Shown here: positions 46,042-55,039 of the stretch, piece after piece | Numbering within the stretch: the first letter of the stretch is position 1 | Layout: each line of letters opens with the position of its first letter | Notes under the pieces: generated by a model | The model's database searches: none | What the model was told of the DNA's origin: nothing | Seen by the model: only the letters and a program-made list of their open reading frames with translations | Source of the DNA: a phage | DNA length: 64,000 nt | Strand: one strand, 5' to 3' | Assembly (NCBI GenBank): GCA_038450185.1 | Contig: GCA_038450185.1_4765.1 | Program-made: the position numbers and the translations under genes

Positions 46042-46323
46042 TTATTTTCGCCATTCACCGGAAACAATGAAGTTTGTAAAGTGATTGTGGTCCGTGATAA
46101 TGTCATTAAGTACCATATGCGGATATGCTTTAGTGTAATCACGTTTACGATCAGTCATCCAACCAACGAAAGTCGGTGCAAAGTACGGCACACCGTCAGA
46201 TGATGCCATATTAAACCCTTTATCAGCCATAAATGCAGCCGCCCTAAGATTTTTAATTGAAGTAGTGCGACTAATTTCAAAAACTTTATCGGTAAAATTC
46301 ATTTTAAACCCCCACTCGTGCAT
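46042..46323 (-). CDS. hypothetical protein (93 aa)
   Basis: ATG-initiated ORF. Confidence 0.4.
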   Translation of the reverse strand: MHEWGFKMNFTDKVFEISRTTSIKNLRAAAFMADKGFNMASSDGVPYFAPTFVGWMTDRKRDYTKAYPHMVLNDIITDHNHFTNFIVSGEWRK

Positions 46324-46513
46324 TAATACGCATTTTCTGCATAGCCATGATCTGGCTTACTGCTTCTTCTTTACGTTCTTGCGTGATAACGTGACCAGAT
46401 TCCGCAAACTCTCCCGTAACTTCTTCTATGATCTCGCGAACTTGAGAACGTCCAAAGATGCGGTTTCCTTCGTAGCTCATAAATTCAGTCACTACTTGCT
46501 CAATAGATTTCAT
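46304..46513 (-). CDS. hypothetical small protein (69 aa)
   Basis: ATG-initiated ORF. Confidence 0.4.
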   Translation of the reverse strand: MKSIEQVVTEFMSYEGNRIFGRSQVREIIEEVTGEFAESGHVITQERKEEAVSQIMAMQKMRINARVGV

Positions 46514-46578
46514 GTGATTCTCCTTTCGTTTGGTATGGGAGTATCTTACTACTCCCTTATCTTTACGTCAACCAGTTT

Positions 46579-46821
46579 TTAGAAATTTTTCGCTTCTTCT
46601 TCGGTCATCATCACCGCGCATTCGTGCATAACTTTGAAAACCGGGTCAATCATATCGAATGCTTCGCGGGACAGTTTACGAGAAGCGATTTTGATTGCTT
46701 CAACGTCTTCTACTACAGGAACAAAAACAGTTTTCAGTTCGTCGAGCACGGCAGCTTCTTTTTCATTCAGGAAGATTCCAGCGTCGTACAATGCAACTTC
46801 GATAACATTAACTTTAACCAT
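46579..46821 (-). CDS. hypothetical small protein (80 aa from internal ATG)
   Basis: Trimmed to internal ATG. Confidence 0.4.
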   Translation of the reverse strand: MVKVNVIEVALYDAGIFLNEKEAAVLDELKTVFVPVVEDVEAIKIASRKLSREAFDMIDPVFKVMHECAVMMTEEEAKNF

Positions 46822-46884
46822 TTTTATTTCCTCCAGTTCGTTTCGGTATGGGAGTATAATACTACCGATGACCTTTGGCGTCAA

Positions 46885-47085
46885 CTAGTTTTTGTTATTT
46901 TCGTGAAAATTTTTCGTCGCCTCATGTGCTTTTCGCTGGGCTTCTTGTTGTGCTTGCTGGCGTGCTGCCTCTTGCGATGCCATAACAGACGCATTTGCAG
47001 CAGTTACAGCCGCGACCATCGCTGCGGTATTAGCATTTACCGTACATGCACTAGCCAGCAAAGCAATTGCAATCATTTTCTTCAT
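46885..47085 (-). CDS. small secreted or lipoprotein-like protein (66 aa)
   Basis: Signal peptide MKKMIAIALLASACTVNA. Confidence 0.4.
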   Translation of the reverse strand: MKKMIAIALLASACTVNANTAAMVAAVTAANASVMASQEAARQQAQQEAQRKAHEATKNFHENNKN

Positions 47086-47252
47086 AGTTTCCCCTTTAGG
47101 TTATCTTCGACCTTCACCCATTCCGCGTATTCTTGCGCGGCTACTTTCGGATTTAAGCCGTCTTCGTACATTGCTTCAAGTAATTCTTCGTCGGTTGGCT
47201 TATACCCTAGATAAGCCTCCACCTGATTTTTCCAAATTTTATACCAGTTCAT
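47082..47252 (-). CDS. hypothetical small protein (56 aa)
   Basis: Trimmed to internal ATG. Confidence 0.35.
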   Translation of the reverse strand: MNWYKIWKNQVEAYLGYKPTDEELLEAMYEDGLNPKVAAQEYAEWVKVEDNLKGKL

Positions 47253-47256
47253 ATTA

Positions 47257-47529
47257 TCACCAGTCAAGAGCGCGTGTCTCTGCGTCTTCCCATGCTTGAT
47301 CCATAACAGCCTTGAAAACATATTCTAGAGTATCATCTTTAGAGAATCCGAAGACTTTAGACGGAATATCTTCGATTGCTACTCCCGCAACTTCTGCATT
47401 ACGCGCTTGGCAATAATGCAACTCTAAGTTATCGAGATAGCGACCGCCTAATTTCTCCATATCATCCCAGCATTTCCAGTAACCTACTTTATCTGCAATT
47501 GCCAACACTTTGCTGTTTTCGTTGTTCAT
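47257..47529 (-). CDS. hypothetical protein (90 aa)
   Basis: Trimmed to internal ATG. Confidence 0.4.
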   Translation of the reverse strand: MNNENSKVLAIADKVGYWKCWDDMEKLGGRYLDNLELHYCQARNAEVAGVAIEDIPSKVFGFSKDDTLEYVFKAVMDQAWEDAETRALDW

Positions 47530-47560
47530 CTTTGATTCTCCTTTTGTTTGGTATGTGTGT

Positions 47561-47589
47561 ATTATGCAATGATGGATTATGGAAGTCAA
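47561..47589 (-). promoter_or_regulatory. sigma70-type early promoter, TTGACT / CATAAT
   Basis: -35 and -10 hexamers on the minus strand. Confidence 0.45.
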
Positions 47590-47605
47590 CAACTTTTAAA
47601 ATAAA

Positions 47606-47628
47606 AAAGCCGACCACAAGGATCGGCT
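47606..47628 (-). terminator. hairpin terminator
   Basis: GCCGATC-loop-GGTCGGC then T-run on the minus strand. Confidence 0.5.
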
Positions 47629-47638
47629 TAATAATCAG

Positions 47639-48034
47639 TTACTTACTAAATTTCTTTTTGGCTTCGTCTACTGCATGAGATGCTAGTACCGCTGCCGCAT
47701 GTGCACTTTTATCTGTGTTGCAGAGAACACCCAGATAAACATCACGCCAAAGTTTAATCATCTCATAGATCATATCAATATCATTTTCTTGTTTGTTGGC
47801 GATGCTATTCGTCGTTATCTGGTAAGGTAACGGCTTGATCTGTACTGGTTCCGCCATCGGGCTAATCGGTTTCGGATCAGTCATAATAGGTGCTGTTGTG
47901 GGTGGTGTTTTCCATACATCATTATTCCACGGTTTAATCGTTGTGTCGTAAAGTTTATAAGGATTTTTGTCTGGGTCAACCATCCATGCATGATGAGTAC
48001 CCAAACCATTTGAAGTGATGCGTCGTTCAGTCAT
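47639..48034 (-). CDS. hypothetical protein (131 aa)
   Basis: ATG-initiated ORF. Confidence 0.4.
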   Translation of the reverse strand: MTERRITSNGLGTHHAWMVDPDKNPYKLYDTTIKPWNNDVWKTPPTTAPIMTDPKPISPMAEPVQIKPLPYQITTNSIANKQENDIDMIYEMIKLWRDVYLGVLCNTDKSAHAAAVLASHAVDEAKKKFSK

Positions 48035-48236
48035 ACTTTCCCTCCAAAAATTCTTTCATCAAATAGTCTATCGTTACTCTGTGTTCTGGTGTGTTTGTTA
48101 TCTCTGCTAACTTATTCAGAGATTCAATAGTGATCCGGTTGGCTTCTTCCATAGTCTCAACGACCATCGGTACAATCTTTTTATTGTTGTACACGAAAGC
48201 CACATAACCGCCTTCTGGATATTCTTTCATAATCAA
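48027..48236 (-). CDS. hypothetical small protein (69 aa)
   Basis: ORF overlapping both neighbours. Confidence 0.4.
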   Translation of the reverse strand: MIMKEYPEGGYVAFVYNNKKIVPMVVETMEEANRITIESLNKLAEITNTPEHRVTIDYLMKEFLEGKYD

Positions 48237-49612
48237 CCCTTCTTAAGTTCTTTAAGATCTTTCTTATATTCCTTCATTGCGGTCGTCTTTGTCCAATACT
48301 CATATTCACTATGATGTTTATCGGCATCTTTGACCAGTCGATCATACTCTTCTTGAGTAACGCTATACAATGGCATAGAAACTAGCTTATCGGCGTATGG
48401 ACGCAGTTTTTCATGTCCATTGATGGATTGCATTACCTCGGCCTTTTTCTTTCCCTGTAGCTCGATTTCGCCCTTAATTACAAGGTCGATAAATTCAGCT
48501 TTAGCCATTGCATAATTGTATGCTTCCAGTGTTTCCGCTTGCATCAATTCAATGCGTTTATCTACATAGCCTAATCGGATTTCGACGAATCGACGGATCA
48601 GATCGCTCGCTTTTTCGAATACTTCTACTAAACCACGTTCGTTAACTACTACGATATTCTGGGCTACTAACTGCGTTAGTTTAAAATCCTTCATGATTTG
48701 CTCATGTCGAGCGGATTCATCTTCGCTTTTGAAATAATCACGTTTCAGTGTTACTTCAAATCTGAATCCGTCCTTAGAGCAACGGTCATTATACGATACA
48801 ATCAGATCTTTTTCTTCCAGTGCATCCAGTACCGCTACATATTCTTCACGGTCGAACTTATAAGGAACTTCTGATATTGTCAGTTTAGTCTTGCCGTTTA
48901 GTTCATATGTACCCTCAAGAATCACACCATCGCGATCATCTCGCGGGATAACTTTACCCGTGAATTTCGGGAATTGAACACTAGGTTCTTTATCCAGTTT
49001 TCCGGCAAGTGCTAGCTCTGTGCATTCAATAAGGCTTTCCAGTGAATGCGGTAAAATGTCAGTTTTATACCCTGTAGCAATACCACTAATACCGTTAGCC
49101 AATACCATTGGAACAACTGGCAAGTAGAACGCTGGCGGGATGTGTTCCAGATCTTCGTGCTTAGGTGCGCAATTCATATCTTTATAGATTTTAAAGAAGT
49201 TTTCATGAACACGAGCAAAGATATAACGTGCCGCACCTGCTTTCTGGACTAAACGCGATCCGAAGTTACCTTGACCGTCAAGCAGTGGAGTATTATTGCT
49301 CCATGTATTCGCCATGAGTGATCCGGCTTCTACGGCATTAGTTTCCCCGTGGTGATAACCCAACTCAGCAACACCAGATCCAATATCTGCCATCTTACGG
49401 AATTTCTTACGGTCGCCTTTACTCTTTTGAAGTGCGCACTCCATAACAAAGCGTTGCACTGGTTTAAGCCCATCCACTAATTGAGGAATCCCGCGTTCCT
49501 CGGCAGAATAGATCGCATATTCCTTAGCTTCATTATGTACAATGCTTTCAAGGCTGCGGTAAGTAAATGTGTTTACAATTTGACTAATTTTATCCATCTT
49601 CACCTCATACAC
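48233..49612 (-). CDS. 52: DNA topoisomerase II medium subunit (GyrA-like)
   Basis: 459 aa; GyrA-type PQLVDGLKPVQRFVM motif; T4 gp52 about 442 aa. Confidence 0.8.
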   Translation of the reverse strand: MYEVKMDKISQIVNTFTYRSLESIVHNEAKEYAIYSAEERGIPQLVDGLKPVQRFVMECALQKSKGDRKKFRKMADIGSGVAELGYHHGETNAVEAGSLMANTWSNNTPLLDGQGNFGSRLVQKAGAARYIFARVHENFFKIYKDMNCAPKHEDLEHIPPAFYLPVVPMVLANGISGIATGYKTDILPHSLESLIECTELALAGKLDKEPSVQFPKFTGKVIPRDDRDGVILEGTYELNGKTKLTISEVPYKFDREEYVAVLDALEEKDLIVSYNDRCSKDGFRFEVTLKRDYFKSEDESARHEQIMKDFKLTQLVAQNIVVVNERGLVEVFEKASDLIRRFVEIRLGYVDKRIELMQAETLEAYNYAMAKAEFIDLVIKGEIELQGKKKAEVMQSINGHEKLRPYADKLVSMPLYSVTQEEYDRLVKDADKHHSEYEYWTKTTAMKEYKKDLKELKKG

Positions 49613-49967
49613 GCTTACAAATCACATTCTTTACTTTATCAGATTTATCAGCCCAATCCAATAGCCATTTTAACGGAAGGATTGAAACAATAAACGGGGC
49701 AGCAATCAAAGCAAACATGATACCCCTGATAATCAGGAAAGCGCAAGTGACAAAACTGGCGATAGTGATCCCGACAAAACAAAATACCATAGAAAACAGA
49801 GTAATGATATAGAAAGGCCAGAATACCCACTCCCGCATCTTAACTCCTTTGTATTCTCTGAATTGCTTAAAATCTACAAACAACTCTCGGATAGACGCGT
49901 ACAGGACCGAAAAATCATCTTTCATTGCTCTGAATGAGCAATCTTCTATTTTAGAATGACCTAGCAT
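49605..49967 (-). CDS. hypothetical membrane protein (120 aa)
   Basis: Two or three predicted transmembrane helices. Confidence 0.4.
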   Translation of the reverse strand: MLGHSKIEDCSFRAMKDDFSVLYASIRELFVDFKQFREYKGVKMREWVFWPFYIITLFSMVFCFVGITIASFVTCAFLIIRGIMFALIAAPFIVSILPLKWLLDWADKSDKVKNVICKRV

Positions 49968-49969
49968 TA

Positions 49970-50263
49970 TTAACCGCCTTTAACCATTGATACAGGAATT
50001 GTTTTCTGATTTGTGTATAAGTGGCCTACTTCAATTTTTTCTTGAATCACCACGACGTTACAATATCCACTGTCTTTAAGTTTTCTGATAATGACTCGCT
50101 TTTGTTCGTCGGTGATAGGATTGACTGTTCTCACCAATTCACCACAAATAATAGCACCATCTTTACAATTACCAGTAACTTTCATGCTACGACCGTGAAC
50201 AACAACCACGTCACCGTAAATCACATTTTCGTCGTCGTATTTGGTAATAACCGTGACCGTCAT
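49970..50263 (-). CDS. hypothetical protein (97 aa)
   Basis: ATG-initiated ORF. Confidence 0.4.
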   Translation of the reverse strand: MTVTVITKYDDENVIYGDVVVVHGRSMKVTGNCKDGAIICGELVRTVNPITDEQKRVIIRKLKDSGYCNVVVIQEKIEVGHLYTNQKTIPVSMVKGG

Positions 50264-50282
50264 AATGTATACCCTCTAAGAA

Positions 50283-50305
50283 AGGCCGCTTTGCGCGGCC
50301 TATGT
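50283..50305 (-). terminator. intergenic hairpin
   Basis: GGCCGC-TTTG-CGCGGCC stem-loop. Confidence 0.4.
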
Positions 50306-50308
50306 TTA

Positions 50309-50626
50309 TTATTGTTCTACAGTATAACCGTTGTTTTCAAGCCATGCAATAACAATCTTTTCGCCAATTTCATCGAGCATTTCATCAGCGCCATATTCTT
50401 TAATGAAAGTCGATGGATCATTATTGCTTACTACGTGCTGGATCACAACATGTTCAGGGATTGCATCTAACAGTTCATCATGGTCATACTCGTTAGCAAT
50501 ATCTTCAACGGTAACATTATTAGCCAGATCCACATCGTCTAAAGTCACCGTAACGCGTCGAGATGGATATAATACCTGTTCTACTTCAACATGTGCACTT
50601 TCGCAAGTAACCTTCATATCAATCAT
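50309..50626 (-). CDS. hypothetical acidic protein (105 aa)
   Basis: ATG-initiated ORF downstream of rIIB. Confidence 0.4.
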   Translation of the reverse strand: MIDMKVTCESAHVEVEQVLYPSRRVTVTLDDVDLANNVTVEDIANEYDHDELLDAIPEHVVIQHVVSNNDPSTFIKEYGADEMLDEIGEKIVIAWLENNGYTVEQ

Positions 50627-50640
50627 AATTAATTCCTCTA

Positions 50641-51642
50641 TTAGTAATGGCTAAAACCTTCGGTTACATCTTCAACCACATAGTAACGATGACAGCGCAT
50701 TTTGGCATTCGCATAATCTTTCGGGATACTTACAACGTGACGCGGATCAACTTTGCATTTAATGATTCGGCCTCGCCCACCGCCATAGTGCGGAATATAG
50801 TGTTTCGCTGCAACGTGGAGGCCATTAGAGCAAGTGCGATCATCATCTGGGTCCACGTCTTTACGCTTCATTTTAACCGTGCGCCCTGGGCTATTATCAA
50901 ACGTATGCGTAAAGAAATCTTTATAATCAACATCAACACGTTTCCATGCATAGAAACAACCATCTTCCCCGATCTCAATGTCGTTGTGCTCTAAGAAGTC
51001 AAACAGACGATCTACGGCCTTACGGCTAGGGTTTTTCTTGCACTTCTCAAAGAAGTTCAGATAGTGCGTATATGGCTTATTCTCTTTAATCGACTCCACC
51101 ACTCGACGAGTCAGATTATTATCAAGAACAATATTATGATAATACACAATACCATTTTCGATACGGAAAGCACCGTGATAATATACTTCAACCGCTTTCT
51201 TAATGTCAATCAGCGTAATAGCTTTGATGAAATCATTATGTTTAATCGCTTCCAGTGCTTCATTAAAGTTAACATGTGATGGGTCAGCAGTATAAACAAT
51301 GTCACCACATGTAATAGTAATAAATTTAGATGAGGCTATTGCTACGATTTTTGAGGAAGTAGTCACGGGCTTTTTTGCGCGTTCACCGCCTTTTCCTTTA
51401 CTGGTTTTACGGCGTGCTTTACGGTTTTCCAGTGCCTTGCGACCTTCCGCTACTGCGTCTTTCTGAATCAGTAATACACGAGAGGCAGTGCGACGAGATA
51501 CACCGAATGCTGCCGCAAGTGCTTCGCGGGTAGTAAACTTACCTTCGCCCCACTGTTTAGCCAGTTTGATTTGTTTTGCGGAGTCCAGACATTGAACGTT
51601 ACGGTCAGAGACGGTGATTTTTGCTTTAGTCATATTATTCAT
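50641..51642 (-). CDS. rIIB: rIIB protein
   Basis: 333 aa; SQKAVSRLFDFL, YFYAWK, HTFDNSPG, VDPDDD, DYANAKMR, YVVEDVTE match T4 rIIB. Confidence 0.85.
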   Translation of the reverse strand: MNNMTKAKITVSDRNVQCLDSAKQIKLAKQWGEGKFTTREALAAAFGVSRRTASRVLLIQKDAVAEGRKALENRKARRKTSKGKGGERAKKPVTTSSKIVAIASSKFITITCGDIVYTADPSHVNFNEALEAIKHNDFIKAITLIDIKKAVEVYYHGAFRIENGIVYYHNIVLDNNLTRRVVESIKENKPYTHYLNFFEKCKKNPSRKAVDRLFDFLEHNDIEIGEDGCFYAWKRVDVDYKDFFTHTFDNSPGRTVKMKRKDVDPDDDRTCSNGLHVAAKHYIPHYGGGRGRIIKCKVDPRHVVSIPKDYANAKMRCHRYYVVEDVTEGFSHY

Positions 51643-51695
51643 TCCTCTATTAGTTGGGCGACTCTCGCCGCCCGATTCACATCATTATACCAGAA

Positions 51696-51827
51696 TTATT
51701 TTGCTTCTACAACCTTGCGGATTGTGCGGTCTGATACATTATAGATTCGTGCCAGTTCGCCTTTAGTCAAGCCGCGAGCGTATTGTTTACGGATGGTTTC
51801 TTTCTGGATAGCGGTCAGTTTAGTCAT
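51696..51827 (-). CDS. small helix-turn-helix protein (about 43 aa, below track cutoff)
   Basis: ORF MTKLTAIQKETIRKQYARGLTKGELARIYNVSDRTIRKVVEAK with SD AAGAGGTGA; sits between rIIA and rIIB. Confidence 0.45.
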   Translation of the reverse strand: MTKLTAIQKETIRKQYARGLTKGELARIYNVSDRTIRKVVEAK

Positions 51828-51838
51828 AATATCACCTC

Positions 51839-53944
51839 TTAAAATTTAACATTCTTAACCAGTTTCATAAAGTCTTGTGCGCGTTTGTCGTTATGCAGAA
51901 TACGATACCAGTTATCTACAATATCATACAGTAACGGGCTATTCTCTTTAAACTTCGCACAAACTGCTTTAATTCGTTCGTTTGCTGCCGTGAATTTTTC
52001 ATCACAAATCTTTTTAGTTTCTTCGTCCATAATCCAACGAGTACGAAGGAGTAACTTGGAAACCTCTTTATTATAATGACGACCGTACAGTCTGTCAATA
52101 AATTCTGGAATACAGCGTTCTAGTTCATCGTCATGAAACAACATAGTGATCACACCCAGATATTCGCCATACCCCAGATGATTGGTCTTAACCTTCTTAG
52201 CCAGACCAGCCAGCTTACCGCGAACAAATTCTAGCGCACATTCCAATTGTTCGTCAACGAGATATTTTTGTGTCTCGTTTCTAGTAATAATATACTTTGT
52301 TACCCCGAAGTAGTCAAGCGCCGTGTGTAATGTATTTTCACTATAGATCGATTTACGACTACGGCTTTCGAATGCATCACCTACGCGGAACATGTGCAAG
52401 CCTGATAACTCGCGAATCTCTGCCGCTTTCATGTGATGGCTGGTTTTATGCCAACTGTCACCAATCTTTTCCATGATATACACGTTAGGCAGCTTGGGAG
52501 TCGCTTCACGTTGTGTGCTCGGTCTTTCCGGTTTAACTGCTTTAGCACGCAGATCATCGGCCTCTGATACCTTAATCACGGTCATTTCAGAATCATCATA
52601 ATACTGTTTGATGTACTCGAAAGTCTCCATATGTTTTTCGTTGTTCTGACGGAACACCAGTACCTTTTTATTGATGCCGTATTCTTGGACCATGCCGTTA
52701 AGAGTCAGTGCACGCAGTTTCGGTTTATCAGTATCATCAATAAGACACGTAATATCTTCTTTATGCATCCATACAAAATGCGTAATGTTGTATTGACTGC
52801 TAACGAAAGCAGGGCGCAATTTGCTGATTGTGTGACGAGTACGATACAGAGTATACACCTGACCTTCTACGTCATTTGGCGAATCTTTACCCGCATTCAC
52901 AAACTTATTATAGGTTGCTACCGGATCATCCCACTGCCCGATCTTACCCATCTTGCTAATAATATTGCGTTGAGTCGATGAATACTCGCTCATAAATTGC
53001 GCAAGTTTACGCTCTGTTTTAATGTTGGCGATCTTTTCTTTAACCTTTTCCAACATCATTTCATTGATTTCTGCAATGCGTTTTTCGATGTTCGCTTTAG
53101 TCTCAATTGACAAGTGAACTTCTTCACGCGATGGCATCAGGTCCAGATCACCCAACTCAAAACTAATGTAAATGGTCTGGTGCTGGCGGTTTACAGCTTC
53201 TAACCATGTTCCGCGAACATATTCATACGGGATCGGATACTGGATCTTACCCATGATTGCATATACTACATAGGAATCGTTATCACGCCCATTACAAACA
53301 TAATAATTATCAAAGCTAGGGAAATAATTAATTTCGATTGCATTGATATTCGGTTTGTGTTCCCCAAAATGACGCAGTACAAATTGCGCTTCTCGATGCC
53401 ATGTCTGAATGTCTTTTTCTTTCACCGGAATAGTGATTTTCAGACCGTTGTCTTCATAGGTCGGTTCGTCGAAAATCTGCACCATTTTCGGAATAGAGTT
53501 TTGCACAAATGCAGTAAAGCCATAAGCGCGACCATTGTAGTAGTTTACGATTGTAAAGGTGTCAGTATAGCTATAAGCAGACTTCGCACCTAAACCAAAA
53601 GATCCGATATAATCATTAGTCTGGTCTTTGGTTGATTCAAAGTAAACAGTAAACAGTTGTTCTAATTCTTTCTTAGACGGAATACCCGTACCATAATCAC
53701 GCACAGAGAAATAAGGTTCAATTGCGGTAGGCAAATGAATATCAAACGGACGATCTAAGGTTCCGGCTTCTTTGTGGGTGTCGGTAGCATTACATGAATA
53801 CTCACGGACACAAGCACGTTCACAATATTGATAAGTGTTCTTAGAAAGCACCATAAAAGCCTTGCTACTTGCTTTCAGAGAAAAATCAACCGCACCGCTC
53901 AAGTCACTGCCAAATACTTCTTCATTATCAATATGCATTTTCAT
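51839..53944 (-). CDS. rIIA: rIIA protein
   Basis: 701 aa; YIGSFGLGAKSAYSYTDTFTIVNYYNG matches T4 rIIA. Confidence 0.85.
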   Translation of the reverse strand: MKMHIDNEEVFGSDLSGAVDFSLKASSKAFMVLSKNTYQYCERACVREYSCNATDTHKEAGTLDRPFDIHLPTAIEPYFSVRDYGTGIPSKKELEQLFTVYFESTKDQTNDYIGSFGLGAKSAYSYTDTFTIVNYYNGRAYGFTAFVQNSIPKMVQIFDEPTYEDNGLKITIPVKEKDIQTWHREAQFVLRHFGEHKPNINAIEINYFPSFDNYYVCNGRDNDSYVVYAIMGKIQYPIPYEYVRGTWLEAVNRQHQTIYISFELGDLDLMPSREEVHLSIETKANIEKRIAEINEMMLEKVKEKIANIKTERKLAQFMSEYSSTQRNIISKMGKIGQWDDPVATYNKFVNAGKDSPNDVEGQVYTLYRTRHTISKLRPAFVSSQYNITHFVWMHKEDITCLIDDTDKPKLRALTLNGMVQEYGINKKVLVFRQNNEKHMETFEYIKQYYDDSEMTVIKVSEADDLRAKAVKPERPSTQREATPKLPNVYIMEKIGDSWHKTSHHMKAAEIRELSGLHMFRVGDAFESRSRKSIYSENTLHTALDYFGVTKYIITRNETQKYLVDEQLECALEFVRGKLAGLAKKVKTNHLGYGEYLGVITMLFHDDELERCIPEFIDRLYGRHYNKEVSKLLLRTRWIMDEETKKICDEKFTAANERIKAVCAKFKENSPLLYDIVDNWYRILHNDKRAQDFMKLVKNVKF

Positions 53945-53958
53945 AATATAATCCTCAC

Positions 53959-54216
53959 TTAATTAAAATCTTCTTTGTCCATCTCTGCGTAGATTACATC
54001 CCACGCCCATAAATCAATAAACGCATTATATGTCACGGTGCAATCGTTGTCAATCACTTCTTTCGCATATTTCTTGATGTTTTCGTAGGAAACTTGCGGA
54101 TCAATTTTGTGTTTACGAAGGTGTGCATATTCATACCTCAAACATTTCATAAACAGGTCCATCGATTTCTTTTCTCGATGGTACTTGGCGAACATAAAAT
54201 CAAAACTTCTATTCAT
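53959..54216 (-). CDS. hypothetical small protein (85 aa)
   Basis: ATG-initiated ORF. Confidence 0.4.
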   Translation of the reverse strand: MNRSFDFMFAKYHREKKSMDLFMKCLRYEYAHLRKHKIDPQVSYENIKKYAKEVIDNDCTVTYNAFIDLWAWDVIYAEMDKEDFN

Positions 54217-54226
54217 TTTCTACTCC

Positions 54227-54421
54227 TTATACATTTTCAATCACCCATTGCAGATGGGCTTCTGCGTCAACCAGTTCAGCGCGGCTTTTCTCTAAGCACT
54301 TGCTGTATTCTTTACGTTCCCAATCAGCAATTTCGTTTTTCAGGACTTCTTCATAGTAAGCAATTACGCCTTTCAGATCGGAAACTTTACGGCTTGCCAG
54401 TTCGATGTAATGGTTACGCAT
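54227..54421 (-). CDS. hypothetical small protein (64 aa)
   Basis: ATG-initiated ORF. Confidence 0.4.
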   Translation of the reverse strand: MRNHYIELASRKVSDLKGVIAYYEEVLKNEIADWERKEYSKCLEKSRAELVDAEAHLQWVIENV

Positions 54422-54617
54422 TTTGATTCTCCTTTGTTACTAGATAACGAATTTGGTCTTGCATTGCAATCAGTTCCCAGCGTGCTACTTTCATCATAGA
54501 AACCGACTCTTTGAACATAATATTAGCTTTTTCCTTATCCCCTGTCAAGTAGATTTCTGCAATTTTTTCACAAAATTTTTGAGTTTCTTCATTCTTAAAC
54601 GGTTTCATATAAGTCAA
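54414..54617 (-). CDS. hypothetical small protein (67 aa)
   Basis: ORF behind promoter-like TTGACA at about 54662. Confidence 0.4.
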   Translation of the reverse strand: MTYMKPFKNEETQKFCEKIAEIYLTGDKEKANIMFKESVSMMKVARWELIAMQDQIRYLVTKENQNA

Positions 54618-54674
54618 CCTTTTGTTTTCGATGGGGATATTATGATATATCCCCGATCCAGTGTCAACAGATTT

Positions 54675-54974
54675 TTAATCTTTTTTCAGTGCATCCATTA
54701 CTCGCTCTGCGATCAGTTCTCTTAAGCACTGATAACCATGATATTTGATGGCAATGTCACGCAGATCATTAACCAGTTCCCGTACTTCATGGTCTTTCAG
54801 ATCGTCTCTGTATTTCGATTTAATCGTATCTTTAGGTGGATTGCGGATAACCTGAAAACCTTGTTCTGCAATCACTGCGGCTTCTCGCTGGCGTTCATGC
54901 TGTACGGTATTTTTGATCAGGTCTGCTTCCATGAACTTTGCCATACTCATCATCATGTTATTCTTTTTGCTCAT
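54675..54974 (-). CDS. hypothetical protein (99 aa from internal ATG)
   Basis: Internal ATG with GAGGA Shine-Dalgarno; downstream of gene 39. Confidence 0.4.
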   Translation of the reverse strand: MSKKNNMMMSMAKFMEADLIKNTVQHERQREAAVIAEQGFQVIRNPPKDTIKSKYRDDLKDHEVRELVNDLRDIAIKYHGYQCLRELIAERVMDALKKD

Positions 54975-55039
54975 CGTTAAATCCTCATAAAAGAAAAGGG
55001 AGACTCCCATTATAGAGAATCTCCCTTGTATGTCAAGTG

